This document shows, piece after piece, positions 25,612 to 39,363 of a stretch of DNA of 64,000 nucleotides (positions are counted from its first letter, which is position 1; the number at the start of each line of letters is the position of its first letter). The position numbers were made by a program, and so were the translations under genes. Origin of the DNA: Octopus sinensis (Eukaryota); assembly GCF_006345805.1 (NCBI RefSeq), contig NC_043024.1:15748001-15812000 (forward strand), read 5' to 3'. The notes under the pieces are model-generated. The model saw nothing but the letters and a program-made list of their open reading frames with translations, ran no database searches and was not told where the DNA came from.

Positions 25612-25681
25612 CATGAATTGGTTGTGAAAATGCCTCAAGAAGAAATGGAATCAGAATTTGCTAAAAGACCTTATTATCGAA
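25612..25681 (+). CDS. erg: Probable ERG exon, post-CNBHD
   Basis: Long pyrimidine tract then ttcag|CAT ... CGAA|gtaaat. Encodes HELVVKMPQEEMESEFAKRPYYR. Phase 0 to 1 joins both neighbours in frame. Confidence 0.75.
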
Positions 25682-27175
25682 GTAAATATCTTCTATCTGT
25701 CCATTTACCATTAATCTTTAAATCTTTTATTACTGTTATTGTTTCTCTTGTATCTAAATTCTTCTTCATCCATAGTTCTGCTTTTGCACAAACCCCTATT
25801 ACCTATTCTTGCATCTTTCGCTTGAGGCCAAAAGTTCCCTTGGGTCACTGAATCTTGCATTATTGAGTGAACAGACTTTCGAATGCTTGCATCATGCCCA
25901 ATTATTAACAAGATCCCCTCAGTAATTTCCTATTACTGACAGCCTATATTTTCTTTACTAAACAAGGCAGCGAGCTGGCAGAACCATTAGCACACCAGAC
26001 AAAATGCCTATTATCATTTCGTTTCTCTTTACATTGTGAGTTCAAATCCTGCTTTTCATCCTTTGCTTTTCATCCTTTTAGGCTCAGTAAAACAAGTACC
26101 TGTTGAGCAGTGGGGTCAACGTAATCGACTTACCCCTTCCCTCAAATTTGCTGGACTTGTACCAACATTTTCAGTAAACATTTTCTTTACTAAACAAACT
26201 ATTTATCTTTGGTTCAATTCCATGCTCTTTCCCTTCTTCATGGGATGGGTTAGTTCCACATTACTTCCTAAGGAGCAAAGGGCCATTTTCTTGGTTTCTC
26301 TGGCATAAACATATTCCTCCCTGGATCGCACACCTGTCCATTGCAGGATTACTCATTTTTAGCTGGACTGGAGCAACATGAAATGAAGTGTTTTGCTCAA
26401 GAATACACTACATCAACCGGTCCAGGAATCGAAACCACAATCTTACAATCAGGAGTCCAACACCCCTGACCACTGAGCCATGTACGTCCACTTCTCCATG
26501 AGACAAAGATTGCTGTTTCGAAAATTCACTGATTAACTATAATATTCACCTCTTGAGTGTAATAATTTATTTACTAATCCTTTAAGAAATAAAGAAAATT
26601 GGCTGTTGGTAATAAGAAAATCCCTTCACCTCAAATCCATTATTCTCTAAACATCATTCTTCTGGCATTCTGCTTCACTTGTATTCTCCCTTCAACACAG
26701 GTTGGACCCAGTTTTAACTTCTAAGCCCTTAATATGCTTGGTGGTGTATTATGGTTGTAAAATGAAATTCTGTCTCCCTACCAGCAGTTAATCTCTCTTC
26801 AATAGTGTCTCTTCTACAGCATCATATCATCACCTCAGACCTTAACCGATATCTTCTCTTCATCTCTGCAGCATTCTTCCAAGACTGATGTCTGCCATCA
26901 CGTTAGATTCCTGCTCCTCGACTTCATTTTCCTCATCATCATCATTTAATGTCCATCTTCCATGCTGGCATTGGTTAAATGGCCTGAGAGGATCCGGCAA
27001 ACCACTTGTTTGCATTTTGTAACTTGGTCAGTTCACATAACTCCATAAGGAGCATAGAGTCAGTTTCCTGGTTTCTCTGGCATATCTCTTCCTCTGTGGA
27101 TGCGACGCCAGTCTGATTCAGGATAACTCATATTTGCCAGCTGAGCAGACTGGAGAATTGTGAAATGAAGTCTTT

Positions 27176-27822
27176 GGATCTTTACCTTTTGACCGACAGA
27201 TTTTTTAAATAATTTTTTGTAACTAAACACTTTCAAACTTTGGACACTGGTAGAATGTGACATATAAAACATGTTTTACTCTTAGCATTTTTGAGAAAAA
27301 CTTATATTTACAAAGTTATTTCCCGTTAAAGTTGTCCTATTTCAGTAATTTCAACCAATCAATGACGTGTATTCAGCTGAATAAAATTACTGCCATTGTT
27401 TGTCAACAACATCCAGCAGTATATATTTCGTTTGTCACTGTTATTTATGACAACCCTAACCCTAAAATCCTAACCTTAACACCTTAACCCTAACCCTAAC
27501 CATAACCCCCTAACCCTAAAACCAGTACAACTGCACGAACGATGTCATAAATAACAGTGACAAATGAAATATACACCGCTGATAGTTCTTGTTGACAAAC
27601 AACGGCAGTAATTTTATTCAACTGTATACACGTCATTGATTGGTTGAAATTACCAAAATAGGACAACTTTAACGTGAAATAACTTCGTAAATATAAGTTT
27701 TTCTCAACAACACTAAGAGTAAAAGATGTTTTATATGACACATTCTACCAGTGTCTGAAGTTTGAAAGTGTTTAGTTACAAAAAATTAATTTTTAAATCT
27801 GTCGGTCAAAAGGAAAAGATCC
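27176..27822. mobile_element. Foldback element with ~275-bp TIRs and a central (CCCTAA)n-like tract
   Basis: GGATCTTT...AAAAGATCC ends; flanks AAGTCTTT/AAGTCCTT (8-bp TSD, 1 mismatch); splits a family C SINE. Confidence 0.88.
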
Positions 27823-29466
27823 AAGTCCTTTGCTCAAGAACATAATGCATTGCCTGCTCTAGGAATTGAAACTACAATCTTACAATCATGAATCCAACAC
27901 CCTAACCACTAAGCCATGCACCTCCACATTGTGTAACTTACAGGGTAGAAAAAGAACAAGGAAAGGCAAAAAAAAGGGGGAAAAAACCCCTTGAGGGAGT
28001 ATTTGATAGGGAGAGAGCTGGCTTTGTGTCTAGTGGATGTATGGCTATCCCATATTATATAAGGGTGGGAGTAGCTGGGAAGAGGATAAGATGGCTGTTA
28101 TCAGATAGGGTATCAGAGTAAACCGTCAAAGAGCAAGAGGGGATACGGATAGGGGCCAGAGCAAACCCTCAAGGACCTAGACAGGACAAGGGCAACAGAG
28201 CAGGAGAAAAAAGTGGGCTTTTAGAGTGTGAGGTGATAGTAACAAATGGTTTCAACTAATTTTTTTTATTATTGTTGTCATTCATCCTTTCACACATTGC
28301 AGTCAGTAGACTGTGGCCATGCTGGAGCACCTCCTTCAAAGGATGTTAATTATACTACCATCATCCTACTATTTCATAGTTTAGTTTAGTACCCATAATT
28401 AAAAATCTCAGGTCCTCTACTTCATCTTCAAGTCAACATCCTTACCTCAAAGCTTGTTTATTTCCTTACACATTGTCTCAAGTACAACGTCAAAAGGGCA
28501 GGGGTGTATCCATGTCCTGTCTCTTTACGGTTCTTCTTTCCATTTCATGTTTGTTTGGTCTCCGATGTTTTCTATAAACTACAGAGTATTTTAAATTTTG
28601 TTATTGATTGAGTATTTATTGATCATTTTGTTCTGGAATTAAAACGAAGTATTGTGGCATCGTTTTCAGTCTCTAATTGTCTAGGTTTAGTTAATCTTCT
28701 GATAAACAATTAGCGAAAGCTTTCATTTGGAAATATTTTTCTTTCCACCATATTATTATTATTTGCTTTGTTTATTCATTTATTGATTTTTTTATTTAAT
28801 ATATAAAGGAAATCAATTTTCTGGTATTTAAATTAATAGTTATCATTTTTATTTAGTTTTGTTTTTATTTACCTTTACATTAATTCATTAATTATGTCAT
28901 TGATTTGGTCATTTAATTATACATTTTAATCATGTATTTATTTATTGTGGTCATCAGGCCTGGCTGGGTGGTTAAGAAACTTGCTTTGTAAATGTGTGAT
29001 TTTAGGTTCTATCTCACTGCTCAGCAGCTTGAGCAAGTGTCTTCTATTAAAGCAAGTGTCTTCTATTAAAGGCTGTTCCATTGATCAAATCAACTCAAAC
29101 CTTCGTTGTTGTAACCAATGGAGTGCTAGTTTTTTTTCTTTTTTGTCTTTTGAGTCAGGTTCTGAAGGTTCATAAATTCTCCTTTCATAAGTTAGTAAGT
29201 AGAACATGTTTGACAGTGGGGTCCTGTTGTAGCAGCTGCTGTGTCCCTCTCTCTTTGTATATTTGTGCTTCTGCACAAAATGTGTGTGTGATAATGATGA
29301 TGATCATCATCATTTAGCATTCATTTTCCATGCTGGTATGGGTCAGATGGTTTGACTGGAAGCTGGCAAGCCAGAGAGTTGTACCAAGCTCCAGTCTGAT
29401 TTAGTTTGGCACTAATATACCTAATATCCATACATACATATATACATATACACCCACACACACACT

Positions 29467-29855
29467 CATAGGTGTAGGAGTGGCTGTGTGGTAAGTAGCT
29501 TGCTTACCAACCACATGGTTCCAGGTTCAATCCAACTGCGTGGCACCTTGGGCAAGTGTCTTCTACTATAGCCTTGTGAGTGGATTTGGTAGACAGAAAC
29601 TGAAAGAAGCCCGTCGTATGTGTGTATATATGTGTTTGTGTGTCTGTGTTTGTCCCCCCCCCCCCACCACCACCACCAGCACCACTTAACAACTGATATT
29701 GGTGTGTTTACGTCCCCGTAACTTATCGGTGGCAAAAAGAGAACAAAAAAATAAGTACTAGGCTTACAAAGAATAAGTCGTGGGGTCGATTTGCTCGACT
29801 AACGGCAGTGCTCTAGCATGGCAGCAGTCAAATGACTGAAACAAGTAAAAGAGTA
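29467..29855 (+). mobile_element. Family A SINE
   Basis: Head, core and tail present. Confidence 0.8.
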
Positions 29856-30485
29856 ACTAATATCAGTTTAAAGTCTCTTAAATATGGGAGATAACTCCTG
29901 TAACCATCCCATTGGGTTTGCTAACCTCACCCACAACCTGCATCTTTGAGGGTTTCATATATATATATAAGCAATAATAAATCTCTGAACGAGGTATAGA
30001 CAGTAACTGCATGACAATGTGAGGTATATTTGCCATCTCAATATGGCTAACCACTAAGTGTGGATGTTACTGTAGCTTGTGGCCCCAGGAGAACATCTCC
30101 TCCAGCTGGCTATAGGCACACTTTCTGTGCCCTTATAGATATACACACGTACGTACAAATATATATGTAAAATATAAGGATAAAACCTATATAAGAATTT
30201 ATCATGTAGCCAACATGAAAAACCAGTTCAGGAAAAACTAAATACAAAATATATAAATTTTTCCTTTTAACTATAAATACATTTATTATATTAAGGTCTA
30301 TTACTACACGTAAATGCTTCACGCTGTTATGGGACTCTGAAGTGAAACTGCTTTAATGAATACACACAGCACTGAAAGCAAGAGAATGCAACTTGAAAGC
30401 TACCTTATAAAACCAGATTTAGTCACAAATCATGATTTCATGCTTAGCATACATTATACACTTCCCTATTGTCAGTGCAAACATA

Positions 30486-30654
30486 TATAGGCGCAGGAGT
30501 GGCTGTGTGGTAAGTAGCTTGCTAACCAACCACATAGTTCCGAGTTCAGTCCCACTGCGTGGCACCTTGGGCAAGTGTCTTCTTCTATAGCCCCGAGCCG
30601 ACCAATGCCTTGTGAGTGGATTTAGTAGACGGAAACTGAAAGAAGCCCGTCGTA

Positions 30655-30703
<49 letters not shown>

Positions 30704-30930
30704 GTATGTGTGTGTATATGTTTGTGTGTCTGTGTTTGTCCCCCTAGCATTGCTTGACAACCGATGCTGGTGTGTTTATGTCCCCGTCACTTAGCGGTTC
30801 AGCAAAAAGAGACCGATAGAATAAGTACTGGGTTTACAAAGAATAAGTTCCGGGGTCGAGTTGCTTGACTAAAGGTGGTGCTCCAGCATGGCCGCAGTCA
30901 AATGACTGAAACAAGTAAAAAAAAAAAAAA
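30486..30930 (+). mobile_element. Family A SINE
   Basis: Complete copy with A-rich tail. Confidence 0.85.
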
Positions 30931-31744
30931 AAACATGTATATGCGGTGTTTTCTGTTGCTTTGACTTAATGCTGTCATCATTGTTGTTGCTGGTGTCGTC
31001 ATTGTCATCACTACAAGCAAATGGTTGTCAGCAGTTATGCAATTATTGTGATTCAAACAGACTTATTATGACCTGCTTTCCTTTCCATTGTTTCACTCAC
31101 GTCTCACTAACCCCTTAAGAAAAGCAATAACATCTTCTATTCCCTCATTTCTTCTCATCTAAAATTTAACCCTCGGATGTCATTCTGTCATTTCGTAATT
31201 TCTGATAAAACTAATCTGTTTTGTTTTGCCTTTTTCTTTTTTTGCTTCTTAAATTAACCCTTTGGCATTTAATCCATATCAGACCCAAATATTCTACGTT
31301 TTATGTTTAAGCTGGTCAGATCCAGCCTCTCACACCTACTCTACAATGTCATTCTTAAAGAAAAACAATCACACCTTTAACATAAATCTTTAAGCCACAA
31401 GATATTGTATGATTAATTCAAAACGTAAATGAATATTTCATATGACAGTAAACTGAATGCTAAAGGGTGAAACTAATCAATATTTTACTGCTTAATATTA
31501 CATAGACTTTATTTAAAATAACTAATTGATTATCTAACTTATTAATTCATTCTAACAGTACCCTAAAGCATGTCTAGCTGCACACTGCACTGTTTTTGGA
31601 ACCCAACCCCTATCCCTTTTCCAACATATTTTCACAATGCTTCTTATTAGAAACTTTAAAACTTGTTTTTTGTTTCATGTTTGTCTAACCCAACTAATGG
31701 ATATTAATTTTGGGCAAAAAAAAAAGTCTTTTCTTGCTTCCCAG

Positions 31745-31981
31745 AGATTTTACGAAATGAAAAAGCTTGTCGACGAGATAGACGATTACGGCATCGGTCG
31801 AGTCAGGAGACGGAACCGGGCCTCTCTTATGAGTCCAGTGATGAAGAGATTAGAGAGAGTGGTGCTGGAATTCTAGAGTTTTCACCAGCAAAAGCGGGCC
31901 AAGATGTAACGCCCGCCAACTTTGATTTCCAGCCAAGGGACAAAGAGAAGAAGCTGAGTTCAGGGTTTCCTTACATTGCAG
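31745..31981 (+). CDS. erg: Probable ERG distal C-terminal exon
   Basis: cttcccag|AG ... GCAG|gtatat. Open in phase 1: KILRNEKACRRDRRLRHRSSQETEPGLSYESSDEEIRESGAGILEFSPAKAGQDVTPANFDFQPRDKEKKLSSGFPYIA. GC-rich unique island, 237 nt. The ORF track shows a different frame. Confidence 0.85.
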
Positions 31982-32429
31982 GTATATAGTATTCTGTGAA
32001 ATAATGGATAAAAATATGTCAAATCTTGATCATGAACTTTTTTTTCTTTTTTTTCAGCTATTGATTGATCTGTTGATTGATTGGTTTATAATTAGGGTCT
32101 GTTAGAAAACAAAGGTTTAGTTATGGTTGTGTGGCCCAGAAATTTCATTTCAATTCATGCAACCTTGTAGTTCCTAGTTCAAATACCTATGATATGATAA
32201 GTTTTTGATCAGGTATTACTCGTATAGTCGTACAGTGTCAGCTTCATCAAGTAAGATATATATATGTATATATATAAGAATTTTTTGCGTAATGAGATAA
32301 AAAAAAAACCAAGGCTGTGTAGATATCAGAACATTTATAGATAGAAGGTCGCAATGACACCATTACCTCTTATAACTTCAATATATATATACATTTATAT
32401 ATAGAAGCAAAACACTTCCCTGTCCAATG

Positions 32430-32782
32430 GACAGTGCTGAGTTGTCAAACATTTAAAACAAATTTTCTCAAAACAACTTGTCCGACCATCCCACTTTGTG
32501 GCATTATTTCAAGCCAGCCAGCTTTTTTGTGTAAACTGCACGTGCATTTTTCTCACGTACTCGTAGTATCGATCACAACAGCTGATGTACTGGCGCACAC
32601 AAGTGCACATTCCCACGGCTTTATCGATCGCATTCTCACCTGGTATCGATTTTTGTCATTTTTTCAAGACTTATACACGCCCTGATACCGTCGGTATCTA
32701 CATATCAAATTTGAGCGCAATCGGATGGAGGATGCTCGAGATCCTAGAAGACAGAGACAGAACGGATTTTATGTAATAGATA
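32430..32782. mobile_element. Helentron/Helitron-like non-autonomous element
   Basis: CpG-rich; ends AAATTTGAGCGCAATCGG...GACAGAGACAGAACGGATTTTATGTAATAGAT, like the piece at ~9110-9248. Confidence 0.5.
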
Positions 32783-33269
32783 TACATATACACACATACA
32801 TATAGAGTGAGGGCATGACACCATTACCTCTTATAACCTCAATATATATATATATATATATATAAACAACAAAAGGACTCTGACCGAGAAAACCAACAAC
32901 TGAGTAATTGTTCAATCAACACACGCACACACACACGCACAAGCGTTATCACTGACACATACCAAGTGTATGTGTTTTATTTAAACGTCCATTGGCTGAA
33001 GAATAGCCCCCTGGGAAACATCCCATCACAACACTGAATGTTAAAGAACACGGAATGCCTCTGACCAAGTGAAACGATTTGTCCCAAAGGTGAACCAGGA
33101 TGGCAGATATCACTATTTTGTTTTCACTTTAGCTCATTAGCACCATACACCTGGACTCACCTGGAAACGAACCATGGTGATGGTCATAGCCAAACATGTA
33201 AATTTTCTATGCTGATGTACAGCACATATGAAACAAAATTAAATCTTGAATTAAAAGTAGTTCTGGCAG

Positions 33270-33801
33270 ATCTGTTACTACACTGAACAAAATGGTTAGT
33301 GGTGTTCTGAGTTCAAATTCCACTGAGGTCGTCTTTGTCTTCACCATGATAGGATGAGCTGGTAGAATTATCTAAACGCCAGGCAAAATGCTTAGCTTAG
33401 AGTTCAAGTTCCACCAAAGTTGACTTTAACCTTCTTCCTTTTGGGGGTCGATAAATTAAGTACCAGCTGAGTATTGGGGGTCAGTGTAATTGACCAGTCC
33501 CCTTCCCTAAAATTTTAGGCATTGAGCCTATAGTAAAAAGCATTATTAAGGTGGTGAGCTGGCAGAATCATTAGCACACCAGGTGAAATGCTTAGCTTAG
33601 AGTTCAAATTTTGTGAAGGTCGACTTTGCTTTTCATCCTTTTGGGGTCGATAAATTAAGTACCAGCTGAGTACTGAAGTTGATGTAATTGACTTCCCTAA
33701 AATTTCAGGCCTTGTGCCTATGGTAGAAAGAATCATCATCATCATCATCTGTTATGTTGAGGTTTGGTGACAACAAGTCTCCTCAAAGCAAAGAATCTTT
33801 C

Positions 33802-33832
<31 letters not shown>

Positions 33833-34273
33833 GGTCTTGAACTGGTAGAATTGTTAGCACCCTGGGCAAAATTCTTAGCAGTATTTTGCCTGTTGCTATG
33901 TTCTGAGTTCAAATTCTGCTGTGGTCAACTTTACCCTTCATCCTTTCAGGGTCGATAAGTTTAGTACCAGTGAAATACTGGGGTCAATGTAATCAACTAG
34001 CCTCCTCCTCCAAAATTTCAGGCCTTGTGCCTTTAGTAGAAAGGATCATTATTATTGAGATGGCAGACTTGGAGAATCGTTAGCACACCAGACAAGAACA
34101 CTAAGCAGCATTTCATCCGTCTTTACATTCTGATTTCACAATTCTGCCTAGGTTGACTTTGCCATTCATCCCTCCTGGGTCAATAAAATAAGTACCAGCT
34201 GAGCATTGGGGTTGATGGAATCAACTTACCCACTCCCCTAAAATTGCTGGCCTTGTGCCAAAATTAGAAACCA
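33270..34273 (+). mobile_element. Cluster of four to five family B SINEs
   Basis: Repeated GAGCTGG(C/T)AGAAT heads and central motif separated by (ATT)n/(ATC)n. Confidence 0.8.
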
Positions 34274-34630
34274 TTATTACCTCTGCCCTGGTGGAGGTAT
34301 TGTTTTCAGTCATGTTTGTTTGTCCGTGGACAAGATATCTCAAGAACCGTCAGATGGATTCAGATGAAACTTTCAGGGATGTTTGACCTCATGACTGGCA
34401 TGAACTGATTAGATTTTGGGATCAATCAGTACTAGACAAGGATTCTGGATTATTTTTCCTGTCTTTTTTTCTTAATTTTTGAGAGTGGTTGCGTACTATT
34501 AATATTCTCATTGGTGAGAGCAGTCGAGTTTATTTCAGATGTTCTCATTTTAAAAATCATCTCTGGTTAATCGTTGAGATGACATTGGTGTTGCTTTGGC
34601 AGAGGTTTGTGCTCCCTGAGTGCTCTTGCT
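34274..34630 (+). mobile_element. Helentron-associated (HINE-like) element; truncated copy at 39364-39628
   Basis: Sub-terminal inverted motifs TTACCTCTGCC / GGCAGAGGT and 3' GTGCTCCCTGAGTGCTC. Confidence 0.6.
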
Positions 34631-35817
34631 ATTATTAAACCCAAGGTTTAACCTCACTGAGGTTCCAAATATTTTAACTTCTCCGCATGATGTTCCAAAG
34701 CTGGTTCTTTTTTTTTTACTTTTTACTCCAAATGAGAAGTTTTTTTAATGTTCTGTTTTTCCATTAACACTAATGTTTTAGTCCTGTTTGACTTCCACCA
34801 CTATCATCCAAATAGATCCAATATTTTGGCAGTTTTTGCAGTTTTGTGATTTTTATTAACTTGTTATTTTTTTTTTGTTTTATTTCCACACAAAAAGTTT
34901 GATATTTTTTGACAATTTGAAATCACATTTATTAACAAACTAACATTTAAAATCCAGTATTAGTTGGTACACTGTTAATGAAGACTATGAAATAATTGTG
35001 TATACACACATGCATTAAATGCATATTCACATACATCTGCACACACACTAATCAAAGCATACGGTATTATATATCCATTGCAGCTGATCTTACCAATCAG
35101 TTCTGCACTAGAAGTTCAACAGAGTGGTAGGTAGCAGTCTGATTATGTAACCCTGCACTCTTCAGAGATACCCAATATGGAATGAAATATGGCAGCTACT
35201 CTAGTTGGAGGTGAACAGACACATCCAGTTCATGGTTGCTGTAAAAAAGACATTGAAACATAATATATTACAGACATACAAACACATTCATATATTTCAT
35301 CATCATCATCATACATCCCTATTTCCATACTAGCATGGGTTTCAGGTTTGACAGGAATGGACCAAGAAGTCAGAGGACCCGGCCAAGCTTCAATGTCTGC
35401 CAGTTTCTATATTACTGGATACCTTTCTTAATGCCAACCGCTTTACAGTGTACACTGAGTGCTTTTCTAGCACGAGTGTTTGGTTTTGTGGCTGAAAAAA
35501 GCCTTCACAATTAATTTGTTTCTGGTGATCAAATGCAAGTGCTGTACATTAGTCTACTCCTTCCATCAAATTGACATTACCTGAACAGGTGCACATTGTA
35601 CCATGCATCAGGTGTTGAAGTGATCGATGAGCAATTTGAGATGAAGTGTTTTGTTTAAGAAAACAACACACCACCCAGTCTGGGAATTGAAACCATGATC
35701 ATGAATGCAACATCCTAACTACTAGGCCATGTGCCCACACTCTCATTTAACCCACTAGTATTTAAACAGGACATATTCAGCCCAAAATATTCTACTGGTT
35801 TTATATTCAAACTAGCC

Positions 35818-35977
35818 AGGTGGCTGTGTGGTAAGTAGCTTGCTTACCAACCACATGGTTCTGGGTTCAATCCTACTGCATGGCACCTTGGGCAAGTGTC
35901 TTCTACTACAGCCTCGGGCTGACCAAAGCCTTGTGAGTGGATTTGGTAGATGGAAACTGAAAGAAGACCGTCGTATA

Positions 35978-36045
<68 letters not shown>

Positions 36046-36745
36046 ATGTTTGTGTGTCTGTGTTTGTCCCCCCAACCATCGCTTGACAGCCAATGTTGGT
36101 GTGTTTATGCCCCCATAACTTAGCAGTTCAGCAAAAGAGACTCATAGAATAAGTACTAGGCTTACAAAGTGGTGGGGTTGATTTGCTTGACTAAAGGCGG
36201 TGCTCCAGCATGGCCGCAATCAAATGACTGAAACAACTAAAAGAGTAAAAGAAGGTAAAGAGAGATCAGGCCTCTCACACCATCCTTACAATATCCTTCT
36301 AAAAATAAAAAGTAACTGCATCAAAATCTCAAAGCTATGAGATAAAGCTTGATTAATTCAAAACTAATTAAATAAATAGTAATTACATTGAACAGAATGA
36401 TGTGGACACTAAATGGTTAAAATAAAACAATCAACCCACTGCATGGCACCTTGGGCAAGTGTCTTCTACTATAGCCTCGGGTCGACCAAATCCTTGTGAG
36501 TGGATTTGGTAGATGGAAACTGAAAGTAGCCTGTCATGTGTGTATGTGTGTTTGTCCCTTACAATCGCTTGACAACTGATGTTGGTGTGTTTATGTCCCT
36601 GTAACTTAGCAGTTTGGCAAAAGAGACTGACAGAATAAGTGGTAGGCTTACGGAGAATAAGTCCTGGGGTGGAGGGTCGATTTGTTCGACTAAAGGTGGT
36701 GCCCCAGTATGGCCACAGTCAAATGACTGAAACAAGTAAAAGAAA
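35818..36745 (+). mobile_element. Two family A SINEs (35818-36250, 36433-36745)
   Basis: Second copy is 5'-truncated. Confidence 0.8.
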
Positions 36746-36829
36746 TACTGTCGATTACTGGAACATGTGGATGTGCCTCACGAGGACACAGCTCAGATTA
36801 TAACACCCTCTCTACGTGTTCAGTTATTT

Positions 36830-37089
36830 GCTTCAGTCATTTGACTGCAGCCATGCTGGAGCACCGCTCTTAGTTGAAAAAAATCGACCTCCCCCCCACT
36901 TATTCTTTGTAAGCCTAGTACTTATTCTATTGGTCTCTTTTGCCAAATCACTAAGTTACAGGGACGTAAATGCACCAACATCAGTTGTCAAGCGAAGATA
37001 GGTAGACAAACAGACACACAAACATACATATATACATATACACACATACATACATACACACACACACATATATATGCATACACACACAG

Positions 37090-37120
<31 letters not shown>

Positions 37121-37282
37121 CGATGGGCTTCTTTCAGTTTCCGTCTACCAAATCCACTCACAAGGCTTTGGTCGACCCGAGACTATAGTGGAAGACACTT
37201 GCCCAACATGCCACGCAGTGGGACTGAACCCAGAACCATGTGGTTGGTAAGCTAGCTACTTACCACACTGTCATGCCTGCAT
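36830..37282 (-). mobile_element. Family A SINE
   Basis: Full reverse complement. Confidence 0.85.
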
Positions 37283-37329
37283 CTATACATATATGTTTGT
37301 GTGTGTGTGTGTATGTATATGCAGTACAT

Positions 37330-37645
37330 GAAGGCACATGGCATAGTGGTTAGGGTACTTGACTCCTGAATGTAAGGCCGTGAGCTCAATTCCTGATGGC
37401 ACATTGTGACCTTAAGCAAGTCACTTTATTCCACCTAATGTTTCCAGTCAACTCAACTGGCTAAAATGGGTTGTACTTGTAATTCAAAGGGTCAGCCTTG
37501 TGACCTTTTGTGTCTCGCTGAGAACAACATTAAGGGTATGCATGTCTATGGGGAGCTCAACCACTTCCACGTTAATTTCACGAGCAGGCTGTTTGGTTGA
37601 TCGGATCAGCTGGAACCACCCTTGTCATCATAACTGACAGAGTGC
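37330..37645 (+). mobile_element. Family C-related SINE with CORE-like motif
   Basis: tRNA-like head followed by TGTGACCTTAAGCAAGTCACTT, similar to the MIR CORE domain. Confidence 0.7.
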
Positions 37646-38502
37646 CATATATATATGTAGTAAAAGTAAAGTTCCTTCCCGAGTCATATAAACCAACTCC
37701 TGGTTTCTATGGCATATATATTCCACATCTGGACGAGAAGCTGGTCCTTCACCAGGACTGGAACAATGTGAAATAAAAGCATTTTGATCAAGAACACAGT
37801 GTCCATTCCAGGAATTGAAACCACAATCTTATAATCATGAGTACAAACACCCTAACCACTAAGCCATGTGCCTCCATAGATATATATATATATACAATTT
37901 ATAAAATAGGATAAAATCTTTATAAGAATTTATCAAGTAGTCAGTGTGAAAAGACCTCATAAGAGAAAGAAATCCACCAATTTTTTCACTTAAATATATT
38001 TGTTTATATTATATAGAGGGTATTACTATACATAAATGCCACACGTTCGTCTGGTATGTTGATTTTGTTCATTCATTATAAATCTTGAATTATGCTTGCA
38101 CTGAGGATTAAAATGTGCATTACTGCACTAATTATGAAATCACAGTGATATGCAGCTAAATTCTGTTTTTAAATGACTTGCTTCGAGAGTTGCATTCAAT
38201 ACGATGTGTTTATTTATTTTGGTAGTTTTGACTTGAAGAGTCCCTCCTAGCATGTGGATATTTATGTATAGTAATGCCCTCTATATATATATATATATAT
38301 ATTTAAAAATTATAAGTTAGAGGTTATGAGTTAAAGGTATCCGTAGGCATTACTGGTATATTACCTAACTATGTATAGACCTTACTATAAGGTTAACAGT
38401 AGTTGGTAATTTAAATGGTAAACCGTGGTTTAATATATTCAGATATCTTTTCTTATTTGAAAATATATATATTTATGTATATTGATTCTATCTATGTTTC
38501 AG

Positions 38503-38621
38503 GTGCTTTATCTAGTGTGAATACTTTAGTTAACGTGGTCACAGGGCGACACGATTCCACAAAAAAAAGTCAAGAAACAGCACCTTTATTGCAGGAGTTG
38601 AGTGCAAGTCCTGAAACTCAG
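38503..38621 (+). CDS. erg: Probable ERG distal C-terminal exon
   Basis: tgtttcag|GT ... CAG|gtaaga. Encodes GALSSVNTLVNVVTGRHDSTKKSQETAPLLQELSASPETQ. 119 nt, phase 1 to 0. Confidence 0.85.
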
Positions 38622-38736
38622 GTAAGAATCTCATCTTCTCAGTCTTACATTTTTCTCCGTATTACTATCCCCAGTCCTGACAAATTTCAGGTCTTGTGGC
38701 CTTAGCTGAAAAGAACATTATTATTATTTTTATTGT

Positions 38737-39363
38737 TAAGGCAGTGAGCTGGCAGAATCGTTAGTGGACTGGCCGAAATGCTTAGCGGCAAGCTGGCAGA
38801 AACGTTAGCACGCCGGGCTATTTCGTCTGCCGCTATGTTCTGAGTTCAAATTCCGCCGAGGTCAACTTTACCTTTCATCTTTTCGGGGTTGATTAAATAA
38901 GTACCAGTTATGCACTGGGATCGGTATAATCGACTTAATCCGTTTGTCTGTCCTTGTTTGTCCCTTCTGTGTTTAGCCCCTTGTGGGTAGTAAAGAAATA
39001 GGTATTTCGTCTGTCTTTACGTTCTGAGTTCAAATTCCATCCAGGTTGACTTTGCCTTTCATCTTTTTAAGTTTGGGGACTGATGTAATCAACTAGTCCC
39101 CTCTTGCCAAATTTCAGGCCTTGTGTCAACAGAAAGGATTATCATTATTAAGTTGGTGAGCTGGCAGAATGATTAGCACACTGGGCAAAATGCCCAGCAT
39201 CATTTTGTCCATCTTTACATTCTGAGTTCAAATTCTGCCACGGTCACCTTTGCCTTTTATCCTTCCAGAGTTGATAAAATGGGTAGCAAGCGAGTACTAG
39301 GGTCTATGTAATCAACTAGTCTGCTCCCACCAAATTTCAGGCCCTGTGCCTTTAGTACAAAGG
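38737..39363 (+). mobile_element. Three family B SINEs
   Basis: Tandem copies starting ~115 bp after the 38621 donor. Confidence 0.8.

Noticed and set aside
27453-27522. True telomere or chromosome fusion scar
   Set aside because: The tract is short, degenerate, in one orientation and enclosed by transposon TIRs.
31637-31876. 79-aa ORF from the supplied track
   Set aside because: It overlaps the probable exon in another frame; only the phase-1 frame joins the flanking exons.
33131-33260. Candidate extra exon after cactttag
   Set aside because: In the required phase 1 it hits TAG after two codons, and no good donor is present.
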